Of a stretch of DNA of 34,443 bases, positions 1-8,585 are shown one piece after another. The notes beneath the pieces are model-generated. The model was not told the origin of the DNA, did not search any database, and was given only the letters and a program-made list of their open reading frames with translations. How positions within the stretch are numbered: position 1 is the stretch's first letter; every line of letters begins with the position of its first letter. The translations under genes were made by a program, and so were the position numbers. This DNA is from a virus (taxonomy: Duplodnaviria > Caudoviricetes). Location: positions 1 to 34,443 of IMG/VR virus record IMGVR_UViG_3300037991_001546, one strand, 5' to 3'.

Positions 1-78
1 ACGTTGTATGTTACATTTGTTAATGAGAACAAAACTGGTGGTCTTATTAGATTCTACCAAGAGTTGTTGTCACAGTAA
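1..78 (+). CDS. 3' end of a putative ubiquitin-like (beta-grasp) protein with GG motif and C-terminal extension (5'-truncated)
   Basis: Frame 1 reads TLYVTFVNENKTGG-LIRFYQELLSQ* (GG at 37-42, TAA 76-78). A hydrophobic strand followed by KxGG is typical of Ubl C-termini. It lies directly upstream of the E2-like, JAB and E1 genes. Not in the ORF track. Confidence 0.65.
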   Translation, partial: TLYVTFVNENKTGGLIRFYQELLSQ

Positions 79-85
79 ATAAGTA

Positions 86-134
86 GCAAGTAGGGTGGTA
101 AGTTGATTAGGGGCATGACTTACCACACCCTTGC
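86..134 (+). other. intergenic stem-loop between the Ubl-like and E2-like genes
   Basis: GTGGTAAGT pairs perfectly with ACTTACCAC (9 bp), and the outer GCAAG (86-90) pairs with CTTGC (130-134). No U-tract. Confidence 0.55.
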
Positions 135-176
135 ATAATAGTTAATTTAAAAAAAGATAGTAGGAGAAAACAAAAT

Positions 177-2552
177 ATGAACCTAATTGAAAGATTCAAG
201 CAAGGTGGGATTGATACCTACTCATATAGTATGGACACTATGAAAAGAATGTTTACAGGTGAACAAATATCTAAAAGCATACTTGATGGTCCACAAAAAA
301 TACTTATGGAGAAAATCAATCAATTCAATAATGATTACATACGTACACGTTATTTGAATAGAAACAGAAGCATGTTAGAACCATTAGAAGATATTGGCTT
401 AACTGACAAGCTTAATTGGAAACGTGGTGTCACTAATACACTAGAAAAACTATTTGTTGAAAGAATACTACAGTTTGGCAAAGGTGGTAGTGTAGACTTA
501 AAGTTTGTGAGAAGACCAAACAATAGTGCATACCTAGGTGATCGAGCACGTAATGACTTAGATAGTGTCTGTAGAAGTCTAAAAAGAGTTAAAGACATGA
601 AAGGTGCTTGGAATGATACTGAAGAACGTAAAAAGCTAGAAGCATTTATTGACTTGTGCTTAGATACGTTCTTTAAAAACATTGATGAAGCAAATAATTA
701 CTTAAAAACTGTAAAAAGTATGCAATTTCTACCATATATTGTTAGCCTAAGAACAGGAAACAAAGAAAACATGATAGAAACGCCTACTGGATACAGAACT
801 GGTAAGTATTGGAGTGCATTAGATACATATAGTAGTTTACATAGAGAGTTAATTGTAGCATTACATATTAACAAACCTGATGTTAAGTATTATAATAGAG
901 ATAGAGAACACGTAGCAGATATTAGATCTGCACCTGTTACTTTGTTGTTTAGGTATCACATGTCATCTATGGTACAATGGTGGGTTAATTTATACTTTAA
1001 CTTGTACAAAGAAGATGGTAGTAACAATGAAATGATTGCTAATCAATTAGTTACAAACAATAGATCAATACCTAGAATGTTAAATGCAGATCCGTCAGTT
1101 TTGTGGGAAGGTGCTACTTACAGAGGTAGCCGTGGAAGTGATGAGCTTAACATAGAATACTTTAGAAACAGAAAAGCATTAGATGTTTCGTCTATATACC
1201 ACAATTACATGAATTCTACTGAGTATCCTTACATAGGTAGTCAAGATGGTTCTGGTTCTAAATACACATCTCTAAGTACAAAAGGATTTATGGAAAAACT
1301 ATTTAAAGACGTAGATAGTGACATAGATTACAGGCTTTCTCAAAGACTAATTGAGAAAAAGTATGGACATAGAGGCAGAAACCATGAACATATATATAGA
1401 TTGCAACATGAGTTACCTAGAAATCAATGTTTTGGTGACTTAAATGGTGAGATATATAACTGTGCTTCAACAGGTAACTTTATAGGTATGGTACCTTTAA
1501 TATCTAAATGGCAACATTACATAGAAGGTAGATCTAATCCACTACAAGGATTAAATAATTTACCACACATAATAACTACTGACTGGGACAGAACTATGAT
1601 TAGAAAAGTCGTAGGAAGTATAGATATTATGCGTAAAAACCACTTACTACAAAATGGTTTATGTTTCCAGTTAAATCACAATGTATACTATAGTGACTTT
1701 ATTAATCATGAAGCAGCATTTGGTGACATTGTAAGTATGTTAGATTACCACGCAGGAAATAACAATGAATTTATGTTTGATGCTAGAAACTGTGTAAGTA
1801 TGATAAAACATCAGTATCAAAAGTATGCTAATCAACAAGTTCCTCAGGACTTCGTAGAAACTACTAACTTTGATGGTTACTTTAATTACTCATATGTAAG
1901 AAGTAAACGATACGAGTCAAACAATATTGGATTGCACTCTGATAATCCAGAATGTATGTACAATACAGAAGGATTTAATGAACGATTTGTAACAGAGTTT
2001 TGTTTAGAAGCATACGATGAAAACTATGTTAAGGAAAAACAAAGAAGTCTAAAAGACATGAAATTAGCACTTGCAAACAAGTTAACTTCAGAGATGGAAG
2101 ACAAAGACGAAGCTTATGATGAATACTTAAAAGAGCTTCGTAGAATAATGTCTCCTGAAACATTTCCTGTTCAAGATAGATACGGCAGAAATGCAATGTT
2201 AACGTTGTTAGATTACTACACTTCTTGTAAACAAACATTAGATGAAATACACGAAGATGGTTTATTGACTGAAGAACACTCAAGTTCTTGGGAATCTATA
2301 AATAGATTTCATGATATAAACTATGATAAGTACGAAACATTTGAAATGTTTATAAGTGAAGTAATTAAATGTTACGTAATACCTAACATAGAAATTGTTG
2401 AAGAGCAAGTATCACAAGATATAGTAAGTGATACTATTGATGCTTTAATAGAACAACAAGAAGATAATTCTACCAACGGAAGATACGACTTTAGTACAGA
2501 AGAAGGTAGAGCATTATGGGCTCAACACATTAGGAACAGGAGGTCTAGATGA
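177..2552 (+). CDS. large hypothetical protein with candidate prokaryotic E2/UBC-like domain
   Basis: 791 aa with an AGGAG RBS. YPYIG (aa 350) and QCFGDL (Cys418, nt 1428-1430), followed by amphipathic helices and W..Y....SNP, recall the HPxI...CxG core of E2-like folds. Stop overlaps the JAB start. Confidence 0.5.
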   Translation: MNLIERFKQGGIDTYSYSMDTMKRMFTGEQISKSILDGPQKILMEKINQFNNDYIRTRYLNRNRSMLEPLEDIGLTDKLNWKRGVTNTLEKLFVERILQFGKGGSVDLKFVRRPNNSAYLGDRARNDLDSVCRSLKRVKDMKGAWNDTEERKKLEAFIDLCLDTFFKNIDEANNYLKTVKSMQFLPYIVSLRTGNKENMIETPTGYRTGKYWSALDTYSSLHRELIVALHINKPDVKYYNRDREHVADIRSAPVTLLFRYHMSSMVQWWVNLYFNLYKEDGSNNEMIANQLVTNNRSIPRMLNADPSVLWEGATYRGSRGSDELNIEYFRNRKALDVSSIYHNYMNSTEYPYIGSQDGSGSKYTSLSTKGFMEKLFKDVDSDIDYRLSQRLIEKKYGHRGRNHEHIYRLQHELPRNQCFGDLNGEIYNCASTGNFIGMVPLISKWQHYIEGRSNPLQGLNNLPHIITTDWDRTMIRKVVGSIDIMRKNHLLQNGLCFQLNHNVYYSDFINHEAAFGDIVSMLDYHAGNNNEFMFDARNCVSMIKHQYQKYANQQVPQDFVETTNFDGYFNYSYVRSKRYESNNIGLHSDNPECMYNTEGFNERFVTEFCLEAYDENYVKEKQRSLKDMKLALANKLTSEMEDKDEAYDEYLKELRRIMSPETFPVQDRYGRNAMLTLLDYYTSCKQTLDEIHEDGLLTEEHSSSWESINRFHDINYDKYETFEMFISEVIKCYVIPNIEIVEEQVSQDIVSDTIDALIEQQEDNSTNGRYDFSTEEGRALWAQHIRNRRSR

Positions 2553-3409
2553 GCGAGTTTAATATGAGTGGTAAAGATTGGGATAAAATCATTAACTACT
2601 CACACATAGCATGGGAGAAAGATAAATCTGAAATTGGTGGCATGATGATTGCTACTAAGGAAGGTAATGACTTTCTACTCAGTGATCCAGTTATACTAAA
2701 ACAGCAAGTTAGTGGAAGTAATACTGTACTAGATAAAGAAGCTTTAGCACAATATTATGGTAAAACAGCAATTAAGAATGCTGGTAAAGACATAATATTT
2801 GTATGGTGGCATAGTCATCATACTATGGCAGCTTTCTGGTCAGGCACTGACTTAGCAACTATTGACACTACTAAATCTGGTAGTGTCAGTATGTCTTTAG
2901 TAGTTAACTTGAAAGAAGAGTACTTATTTAGAGTGAACTTATGGGAACCAATAAAGGCACATAAAGATGTTAGTATTAACATTATAAGGCCTGAACGTAA
3001 AATACCTAAATCACTTTATAACGAGTATGATAAACTAGTTAGTGATATAGTAGTCACTAGGAAAGTAAATAAACCTAAGTTCAAGTATCAATACAACAGA
3101 ACATACAACCATCACTACAAATGGAACGACTTTAATAGTTTTCCTGACTTAAGTGATGATGAATATGTAGATGTAGAAGCTAAGGTAGATGATATGCTAT
3201 CTTTGTTTTATGTAGGTGAATTAGGTTACAAAAAGCTTAAGAAGCAAATTACTACTCTAAATAATAAACTTGCTAAAGATGATAGTGAGTTAAGAGTTGA
3301 ATTGCCTGCTAAGCCTATATTAGAAAGTGTAATAAAAAGTGGATACTTCGACAGACACGGAGCTTCTAAGTTAATAGTGTGTAATACTCAAGGAAAATTA
3401 CCATTATGA
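2549..3409 (+). CDS. JAB/MPN (JAMM) metallopeptidase, prokaryotic JAB family
   Basis: N-terminal EIGG glutamate plus WWHSHHTMAAFWSGTD, an exact HxH-x7-S-x2-D JAMM motif. About 130-aa C-terminal extension. Confidence 0.9.
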   Translation: MSEFNMSGKDWDKIINYSHIAWEKDKSEIGGMMIATKEGNDFLLSDPVILKQQVSGSNTVLDKEALAQYYGKTAIKNAGKDIIFVWWHSHHTMAAFWSGTDLATIDTTKSGSVSMSLVVNLKEEYLFRVNLWEPIKAHKDVSINIIRPERKIPKSLYNEYDKLVSDIVVTRKVNKPKFKYQYNRTYNHHYKWNDFNSFPDLSDDEYVDVEAKVDDMLSLFYVGELGYKKLKKQITTLNNKLAKDDSELRVELPAKPILESVIKSGYFDRHGASKLIVCNTQGKLPL

Positions 3410-3684
3410 AAGAAACATTAGCATACGATAAAAATCGTAATCCACTTAAACAAACAAAGTACCAATCTAAAGAATGGCCATTCAAAACAAAGAAATCTGC
3501 TACAAAAGCATTTGCTGAGTTTGAAAAGATCTATGGTCGTGGATGGTACTATTACGAGGGTTGGAATCCTGCTACATACAAGGAATTACCTTGGATAACA
3601 AGATTTCACCCTGATTACAAACTGTATTTAGCTTATAATAGGAGGAAAAAGCGTGAAAGACAGGTACGAAGGGATAGTAAATAA
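3406..3684 (+). CDS. hypothetical basic/aromatic protein within the Ubl operon
   Basis: 92 aa. ATGA overlap with the JAB stop; overlaps the E1 start. Confidence 0.7.
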   Translation: MKETLAYDKNRNPLKQTKYQSKEWPFKTKKSATKAFAEFEKIYGRGWYYYEGWNPATYKELPWITRFHPDYKLYLAYNRRKKRERQVRRDSK

Positions 3685-4330
3685 CTATCACAAATATACC
3701 TATCATATACTAGGTTGCGGTGCTATTGGTAGTGCCGCAGCTACTCAACTAGTTAGGATGGGTGCAACCAACATAGTCTTGTATGATATGGACACAGTTG
3801 GTGTAGAGAACATTGGTGTATCACAGTACAATACCAAGGATATTGGATTATTCAAAACAGCAGCACTAACAGAACATTTGCTATTTATTAATAGTGATAT
3901 AGACGTAGAACAAAAGTGTGGAAGATTTGATGCAAGTATGTGGTCTCCAAGACAAAATGCTACAAACGATGTAGTAATATTAGGTTTTGATAGTATGGAA
4001 GCTAGAAAAGAAGCTGCCGAAATAATACTAAAGAATGATAATCCAGCAGCTATGATAGATGGTAGAATGGGTGCTGAACATTATCACCAAATAGTACTTG
4101 AAAAACCAACATTAAGTAAGTATATTAAGCACTGGTATAGTGACGAAGATGGTGATCCAGAACCATGTAATGCAAAAGCTACAAGCTATTGTAGTAACAT
4201 GTCTGGTAGTTTTATCTCAGACACTATAAAGAAATTACTTACGGATAGTGTTTACTATAAAGAGTTATCATTTCACTTTCCTAGCTTAACAATGCGTAGA
4301 GCAGGATTAGTAGATAATAGTAAACAATAG
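3653..4330 (+). CDS. ThiF/MoeB/E1-family adenylyltransferase (Ubl-activating enzyme)
   Basis: ILGCGAIGS Gly-rich loop, YDMDTVGVENIGVSQ, conserved K, GFDS, DGRMG, and PC (EPCNAKAT) as candidate catalytic Cys. GTG start with AGGAGG RBS. No CxxC zinc pairs. Confidence 0.92.
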   Translation: MKDRYEGIVNNYHKYTYHILGCGAIGSAAATQLVRMGATNIVLYDMDTVGVENIGVSQYNTKDIGLFKTAALTEHLLFINSDIDVEQKCGRFDASMWSPRQNATNDVVILGFDSMEARKEAAEIILKNDNPAAMIDGRMGAEHYHQIVLEKPTLSKYIKHWYSDEDGDPEPCNAKATSYCSNMSGSFISDTIKKLLTDSVYYKELSFHFPSLTMRRAGLVDNSKQ

Positions 4331-4338
4331 ATAAATTA

Positions 4339-4402
4339 GTTGCGGTAGTAGGTATCCATATCCACACTCATGTTCTACTATCATCTAGACTACTACCGCA
4401 GC
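4339..4402 (+). other. intergenic stem-loop downstream of E1
   Basis: TGCGGTAGTAG (4341-4351) is the perfect complement of CTACTACCGCA (4390-4400), extendable by U-G and G-C pairs. It closes just before an AGGAG RBS. Confidence 0.6.
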
Positions 4403-4417
4403 CCATTAGGAGAAACT

Positions 4418-4588
4418 ATGAGTAAGATAGATACCGATAAAGCAAACAAAGCTTTTGAATTACAAGAAAAAATAAGTAAATTAATAGATAAACTTGATGA
4501 CTTAGGTTTCGAGTTTATGTTCTATAATCAAATAAGTTCAGTTAGAAGGAAAAGAAATGTTAGAAGAAGCAATAAAGTCAATACTTAA
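4418..4588 (+). CDS. small hypothetical protein
   Basis: Start reassigned to ATG 4418 (AGGAGAAACT-ATG). MSKIDTDKANKAF..., 56 aa. Confidence 0.65.
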   Translation: MSKIDTDKANKAFELQEKISKLIDKLDDLGFEFMFYNQISSVRRKRNVRRSNKVNT

Positions 4589-4994
4589 TTACCTTTGGGA
4601 AGATGAAAGAAAACACTTTAATGGTGAGTCTGACCACATCTTTTACAGTCTAATACAACTTGCAATATCCTACAAAATAGAAGCTTTATACCCTGATATA
4701 CTTAGGACATTATCTAATGCTTACGATGATAATGAGAAATATCTAGATCAGGAAAGTAAAGATAAGATATTTGAGTGGATCAAAAAATACAAAAATGAAG
4801 AGTTATTTACGGCCGTTGACGATGATACGTTAGTTTGTAGTAACTGTATATCACCAAGTGTTTATGTACAACAGTTTATAAACCCAAATGATAACAGTCA
4901 TCCAAACTACCAAAATTATGAAATGATAGCAATATGCGAGTATTGTAATTTCGAAGAGACAGAGCTAGTACCTTTGTCTAAAGCTGAAAAATAA
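4557..4994 (+). CDS. hypothetical protein with C-terminal zinc ribbon
   Basis: 145 aa, helical N-terminus, CSNC...CEYC pair near the C-terminus. Confidence 0.7.
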   Translation: MLEEAIKSILNYLWEDERKHFNGESDHIFYSLIQLAISYKIEALYPDILRTLSNAYDDNEKYLDQESKDKIFEWIKKYKNEELFTAVDDDTLVCSNCISPSVYVQQFINPNDNSHPNYQNYEMIAICEYCNFEETELVPLSKAEK

Positions 4995-4995
4995 C

Positions 4996-5024
4996 TTGCA
5001 TAACAGTATATTATTTCATATATT
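4996..5024 (+). promoter_or_regulatory. sigma70-type promoter for the replication gene block
   Basis: TTGCAT (4996-5001), 17-bp spacer, TATATT (5019-5024), in the intergenic gap before the annealing protein gene. Confidence 0.65.
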
Positions 5025-5030
5025 CACATA

Positions 5031-5137
5031 GTTAGTTAAACTTGTGTTATAGATAATCAGTGTAGTTTCATATGCAGTTCACATTTTGCCGAGTGTGTTA
5101 CAGACGTGAAGCTACGTTGGTTATTAACTTTAACCTA
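5031..5137 (+). ncRNA. candidate structured RNA / 5' leader (long hairpin)
   Basis: ATAATCAGTGTAGTTTCA (5053-5070) pairs with TGAAGCTACGTTGGTTAT (5107-5124): 18 bp with 4 G-U wobbles. Apical CACATTT/GAGTGTG hairpin at 5080-5097. Confidence 0.5.
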
Positions 5138-5161
5138 CTTTAAATAGAAAAGGAACATAAT

Positions 5162-5740
5162 ATGAAATTTAAAGGTAAAGAATATACTGAAGTAAAGGAT
5201 AGATTGTTTGGATTCTTATCTGAATATCCCCAAGCAACTATTAAAACAAAACTGATTTCAGTAGATCAGATCATAGACTCACCAAGCGGAGAACAATGTA
5301 ATGAATATATTGTACGTGCTAAGGTGATTCCTAATCCATTACAAGAACCAGAAATTTATTACACAGGCTATGCAGCTGAACGTGATAATACTGGTTTTGT
5401 AAATAAGACATCAGCATTAGAAAACTGTGAAACATCAGCTGTTGGTAGAGCATTAGCTTTTGCTGGATTTGGTGGTGACTTTGCTATAGCTTCTAAAGAA
5501 GAAGTTGACAATGCAAAGACAGCTGCTAAAAAATCAGCAGTAACAGTAGATATGCTTTCTAAGTTAGATGCTTTGTCTAAGAGAGTTAAATCACATATAG
5601 GTGAAGAACATTATCGTGTTTATGTAGAACGTAGATCTAATGGATATTACGATACTAAAGTTAGATACAATAAAACAATGGATTTCTTTACAAAATCTAT
5701 ACCTACAGAAAGTGAGGCTACAAATGTCAAACAAGGATAA
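5162..5740 (+). CDS. putative single-strand annealing recombinase (Rad52/Sak/ERF-like)
   Basis: YTEVKDRL...YP and ALENCETSAVGRALAFAGFG...AS.EE motifs as seen in phage annealing proteins. Located near SSB and primase-helicase. Confidence 0.65.
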   Translation: MKFKGKEYTEVKDRLFGFLSEYPQATIKTKLISVDQIIDSPSGEQCNEYIVRAKVIPNPLQEPEIYYTGYAAERDNTGFVNKTSALENCETSAVGRALAFAGFGGDFAIASKEEVDNAKTAAKKSAVTVDMLSKLDALSKRVKSHIGEEHYRVYVERRSNGYYDTKVRYNKTMDFFTKSIPTESEATNVKQG

Positions 5741-5999
5741 AATGTATACTTACACTGTAGAAAGTTCTAAACCTGGAAAGTGTGAAACTTTCTACAATAA
5801 CGGTCATTTCGTACTTATGAATATACTATTAACAGATAATGGTACTATTGATATACAATCAAACTTAGAAGAATTTGAAACATTCTTAGAAGATATGAAT
5901 CACGGAATGATTGAAGCTGCAAATGAGAAAAACAGAGATCATGCAATGGCTAACATGGATGCAGATGTTAGTGCAGATCGTAATATGTTAGGAGAATAA
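5724..5999 (+). CDS. hypothetical acidic protein
   Basis: Start more likely ATG 5724 (GAGG RBS, MSNKDKMY...) than 5640; 91 aa. Confidence 0.65.
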   Translation: MSNKDKMYTYTVESSKPGKCETFYNNGHFVLMNILLTDNGTIDIQSNLEEFETFLEDMNHGMIEAANEKNRDHAMANMDADVSADRNMLGE

Positions 6000-6000
6000 C

Positions 6001-6543
6001 ATGGCAATTAGTGGTACAAAAGTTGCATCAAACAAGACAATTAAAAATTATTTTGTTAATGAATGCAAGATCACAGATGCAGAAGTCATGGATAGTCAAT
6101 ACACTGACATGAGCTTGAAGTTACAATTAGAAGATAAGAACAACGGGTACACATATACCTGCTTTGTTAACCAAAACTTCGAGAAAGATCATGCTGGTGT
6201 AGTTACAGATATGAAATATCCAACTGACTTGAACACACTATTCTTAGCAGCAGGAACAGATTTAAATGTTTCTGATGCAGGAGTATTAGCAACAAAATCT
6301 TTAGAAGGTTTAGTTGATAAAGAAGTAGCATGTATTACATACAGTTCTACTGGTAAATACAAACGTAATACATGGGGTGTTGTTTCTAGCCTTAGTAAGA
6401 AAGATGACTTAGAATCTCAGTTCGTAAAACAACTAGAAAAAGGTTATCCTAAAGACTATCAAAAACCTACAGTACAAGCAAAAGGATCAGATACAGTTGT
6501 AGTATCTGGTGAACAAGTTGCTGTAGATGATTTACCATTTTAA
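6001..6543 (+). CDS. putative single-stranded DNA-binding protein
   Basis: 180 aa, beta-rich, with a flexible tail ending DDLPF (the SSB C-terminal signature); replication context. Confidence 0.65.
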   Translation: MAISGTKVASNKTIKNYFVNECKITDAEVMDSQYTDMSLKLQLEDKNNGYTYTCFVNQNFEKDHAGVVTDMKYPTDLNTLFLAAGTDLNVSDAGVLATKSLEGLVDKEVACITYSSTGKYKRNTWGVVSSLSKKDDLESQFVKQLEKGYPKDYQKPTVQAKGSDTVVVSGEQVAVDDLPF

Positions 6544-6803
6544 TGACTATTGAAAACATAGTAATTAATTGGATCAAAAGTCGAGCAAGATCCAATCCTA
6601 ATTTCTATAGTTACGAATTCGAAGAAAGTATACCAGCTTACGGAAGACTTACAGAACAAAAAGTACATACTGCAAGTTCTTATTCTAGGTCTTTTAGAAA
6701 GATACGTGAAAGTAATACTTTAGATAAGCATGGTATTAAATTAACCGAAATACAACATGAAAACAATAGTAAGGTAAAAGGATGGAAAATAGAAACACTG
6801 TAA
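6543..6803 (+). CDS. hypothetical protein (possible winged-helix DNA-binding)
   Basis: 86 aa, TAATG-coupled. SSYSRSFRKIRE helix followed by a beta hairpin ending WKI. Confidence 0.6.
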   Translation: MTIENIVINWIKSRARSNPNFYSYEFEESIPAYGRLTEQKVHTASSYSRSFRKIRESNTLDKHGIKLTEIQHENNSKVKGWKIETL

Positions 6804-8575
6804 TAGAAGTGATCCAAGGTGATTTAAGTAATAGAAATAAAGTATCTACATTAGACATCTATAACAAGATTGAACAAAAGAACATGTTTGGCAAAGAAAT
6901 GTATAGGTCATACTATTCTTTTGACTCAACTTTTGGTGACTACGTATTAACTAACAAAACAGTTAAAGGTTTTGACGGTTTAGCTTATGCAGATACTATT
7001 ACTATTGACTTAGACAAAGGGGAACACAGTGATGATAAGTTCCAAGAGTACCTTAGGTACTGTTTAAATGAGTTGTTTGACTTTGATATTAGAAGTGAAG
7101 ATATAAATTTGTGGTTTAGTGGTAAAGGTTATCACATTGAATTACAAAACGTGTTTGGGTTTCAGCCCAGTAAAAACCTTCACACTAAAGTTAAATCTAC
7201 AATGCAAGAATACTTTACATTTGGTGATAACATCTATGACAAAACTAGAATTATACGTTCTAAGTGGTCATTAAATCCAAAAACTAAATTGTACAAAGTA
7301 TTTATACCATTACAACACATTTGGGACTTATCATACGAAGAGATATGTAAGATAGCAAAGTCTAAAAAGACTTATGATTCTTACACTAAATCTCATGAAG
7401 GTTTCTACAATACATTAAATGTAGATAAAACAGTAGAACCTTATTTACAGAAATACATCATTACTTCACCACAAGTTGTTCAATCCAACATAACCAAGAC
7501 AGGGGATACTACATCTGTTGTTACTTGTGTACAACATATCTTTAATGAAGGACCTACTCAGGGATCTAGAAATACAAAGATAATGCGTATGTCAAGTAGT
7601 TACAAGAGAGCAGGTATTCCCTATCTTGTAACCTTAAATGGTATGATAAATTGGGCAGATGGACAGCTTGATGCAGCTGAAGTAACTAGAACAGTTAGTA
7701 ATATATACGAAGAAAATTACATGTATGGATGTCAAGATATTATTATGGCAGAATACTGTGATCCAAAATGTATTCACTTTAAAAGAAAAGATTACATGAT
7801 GGACATTAAAGATGTTATTGCGTTAGAAGACTTCTTTAAAGAGTATATAGAAAATGATATGTCTAAGAAATCTGTAGACATGAAAGATGTATTTGACTGT
7901 GACAGTTTTGTATTTAAACCAGGTGAATTAGTAGTAGTTAGTGGTGATACAGGTATGGGTAAATCAGCTTTTGTGCAAAATATAGTTACAAAAGCACAAA
8001 AAGATTGCTTGTTCTTGTCACTAGAAATGAATGAAATACTAACATTTCGTAGATTTGTACAAATAGCTATGAAACAAAATGCACAATGGGTGATCAATCA
8101 ATACAAAAGTGATCCAAGTGTATCGTTTCAAGAGTTATTAGGACACATCAAAATTGTTACTATAGCACCAGATATAGAAGCTGTTAAAAAGATAGTCGCA
8201 CAACATGAACCTAATATTCTAGTTGTAGACACTACTGATGAATTACAAGCAAGTGGTAATAGATCATCAGATATAGAAAAGCAAAACAATATTATAGATG
8301 GATTGAAAGCAATAGCTCAAAGAAATCATACTATTGTTATTGCAGTACATCACGTTAATAAAGTCAGTGCAAGTCAGGGTGTAATTGGATTACACTCATT
8401 AAAAGGCTCTACTAACGTTGTACAAAAAGCAGATAAAGTACTTGTAGTTAAGGGAAATCGTAACGAAATTCATAGAGTCATTACTTCTGAGAAATCAAGA
8501 GATGAAGGTAGATTTGAATTGATTGCAGAATTTGACTATAACACTTTTACATTTAATAAGAAAATAATAGTATAA
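6782..8575 (+). CDS. AEP-family primase fused to SF4 (DnaB-like) helicase
   Basis: AEP motifs IDLD, FSGKGYH and YDKTRIIR. Cys cluster TC...YGC...YCDPKC. Helicase Walker A GDTGMGKS, LSLEM, VVD, VHH, LKGS and KSRDEG. Confidence 0.88.
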   Translation: MENRNTVIEVIQGDLSNRNKVSTLDIYNKIEQKNMFGKEMYRSYYSFDSTFGDYVLTNKTVKGFDGLAYADTITIDLDKGEHSDDKFQEYLRYCLNELFDFDIRSEDINLWFSGKGYHIELQNVFGFQPSKNLHTKVKSTMQEYFTFGDNIYDKTRIIRSKWSLNPKTKLYKVFIPLQHIWDLSYEEICKIAKSKKTYDSYTKSHEGFYNTLNVDKTVEPYLQKYIITSPQVVQSNITKTGDTTSVVTCVQHIFNEGPTQGSRNTKIMRMSSSYKRAGIPYLVTLNGMINWADGQLDAAEVTRTVSNIYEENYMYGCQDIIMAEYCDPKCIHFKRKDYMMDIKDVIALEDFFKEYIENDMSKKSVDMKDVFDCDSFVFKPGELVVVSGDTGMGKSAFVQNIVTKAQKDCLFLSLEMNEILTFRRFVQIAMKQNAQWVINQYKSDPSVSFQELLGHIKIVTIAPDIEAVKKIVAQHEPNILVVDTTDELQASGNRSSDIEKQNNIIDGLKAIAQRNHTIVIAVHHVNKVSASQGVIGLHSLKGSTNVVQKADKVLVVKGNRNEIHRVITSEKSRDEGRFELIAEFDYNTFTFNKKIIV

Positions 8576-8585
8576 GGAGAAGAAA

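Noticed and set aside
3653-4330. ThiF/MoeB as a thiamine or molybdopterin biosynthesis auxiliary gene
   Set aside because: No thiG, moaE, rhodanese or cysteine desulfurase in the window and no CxxC zinc motifs. The JAB and E2-like context fits conjugation better.
4370-4417. Longer N-terminus for the ORF ending at 4588
   Set aside because: It lies inside the stem-loop with no RBS; ATG 4418 has AGGAG.
5640-5723. Longer N-terminus for the ORF ending at 5999
   Set aside because: It would overlap the annealing protein gene by about 100 nt; ATG 5724 has a GAGG RBS.
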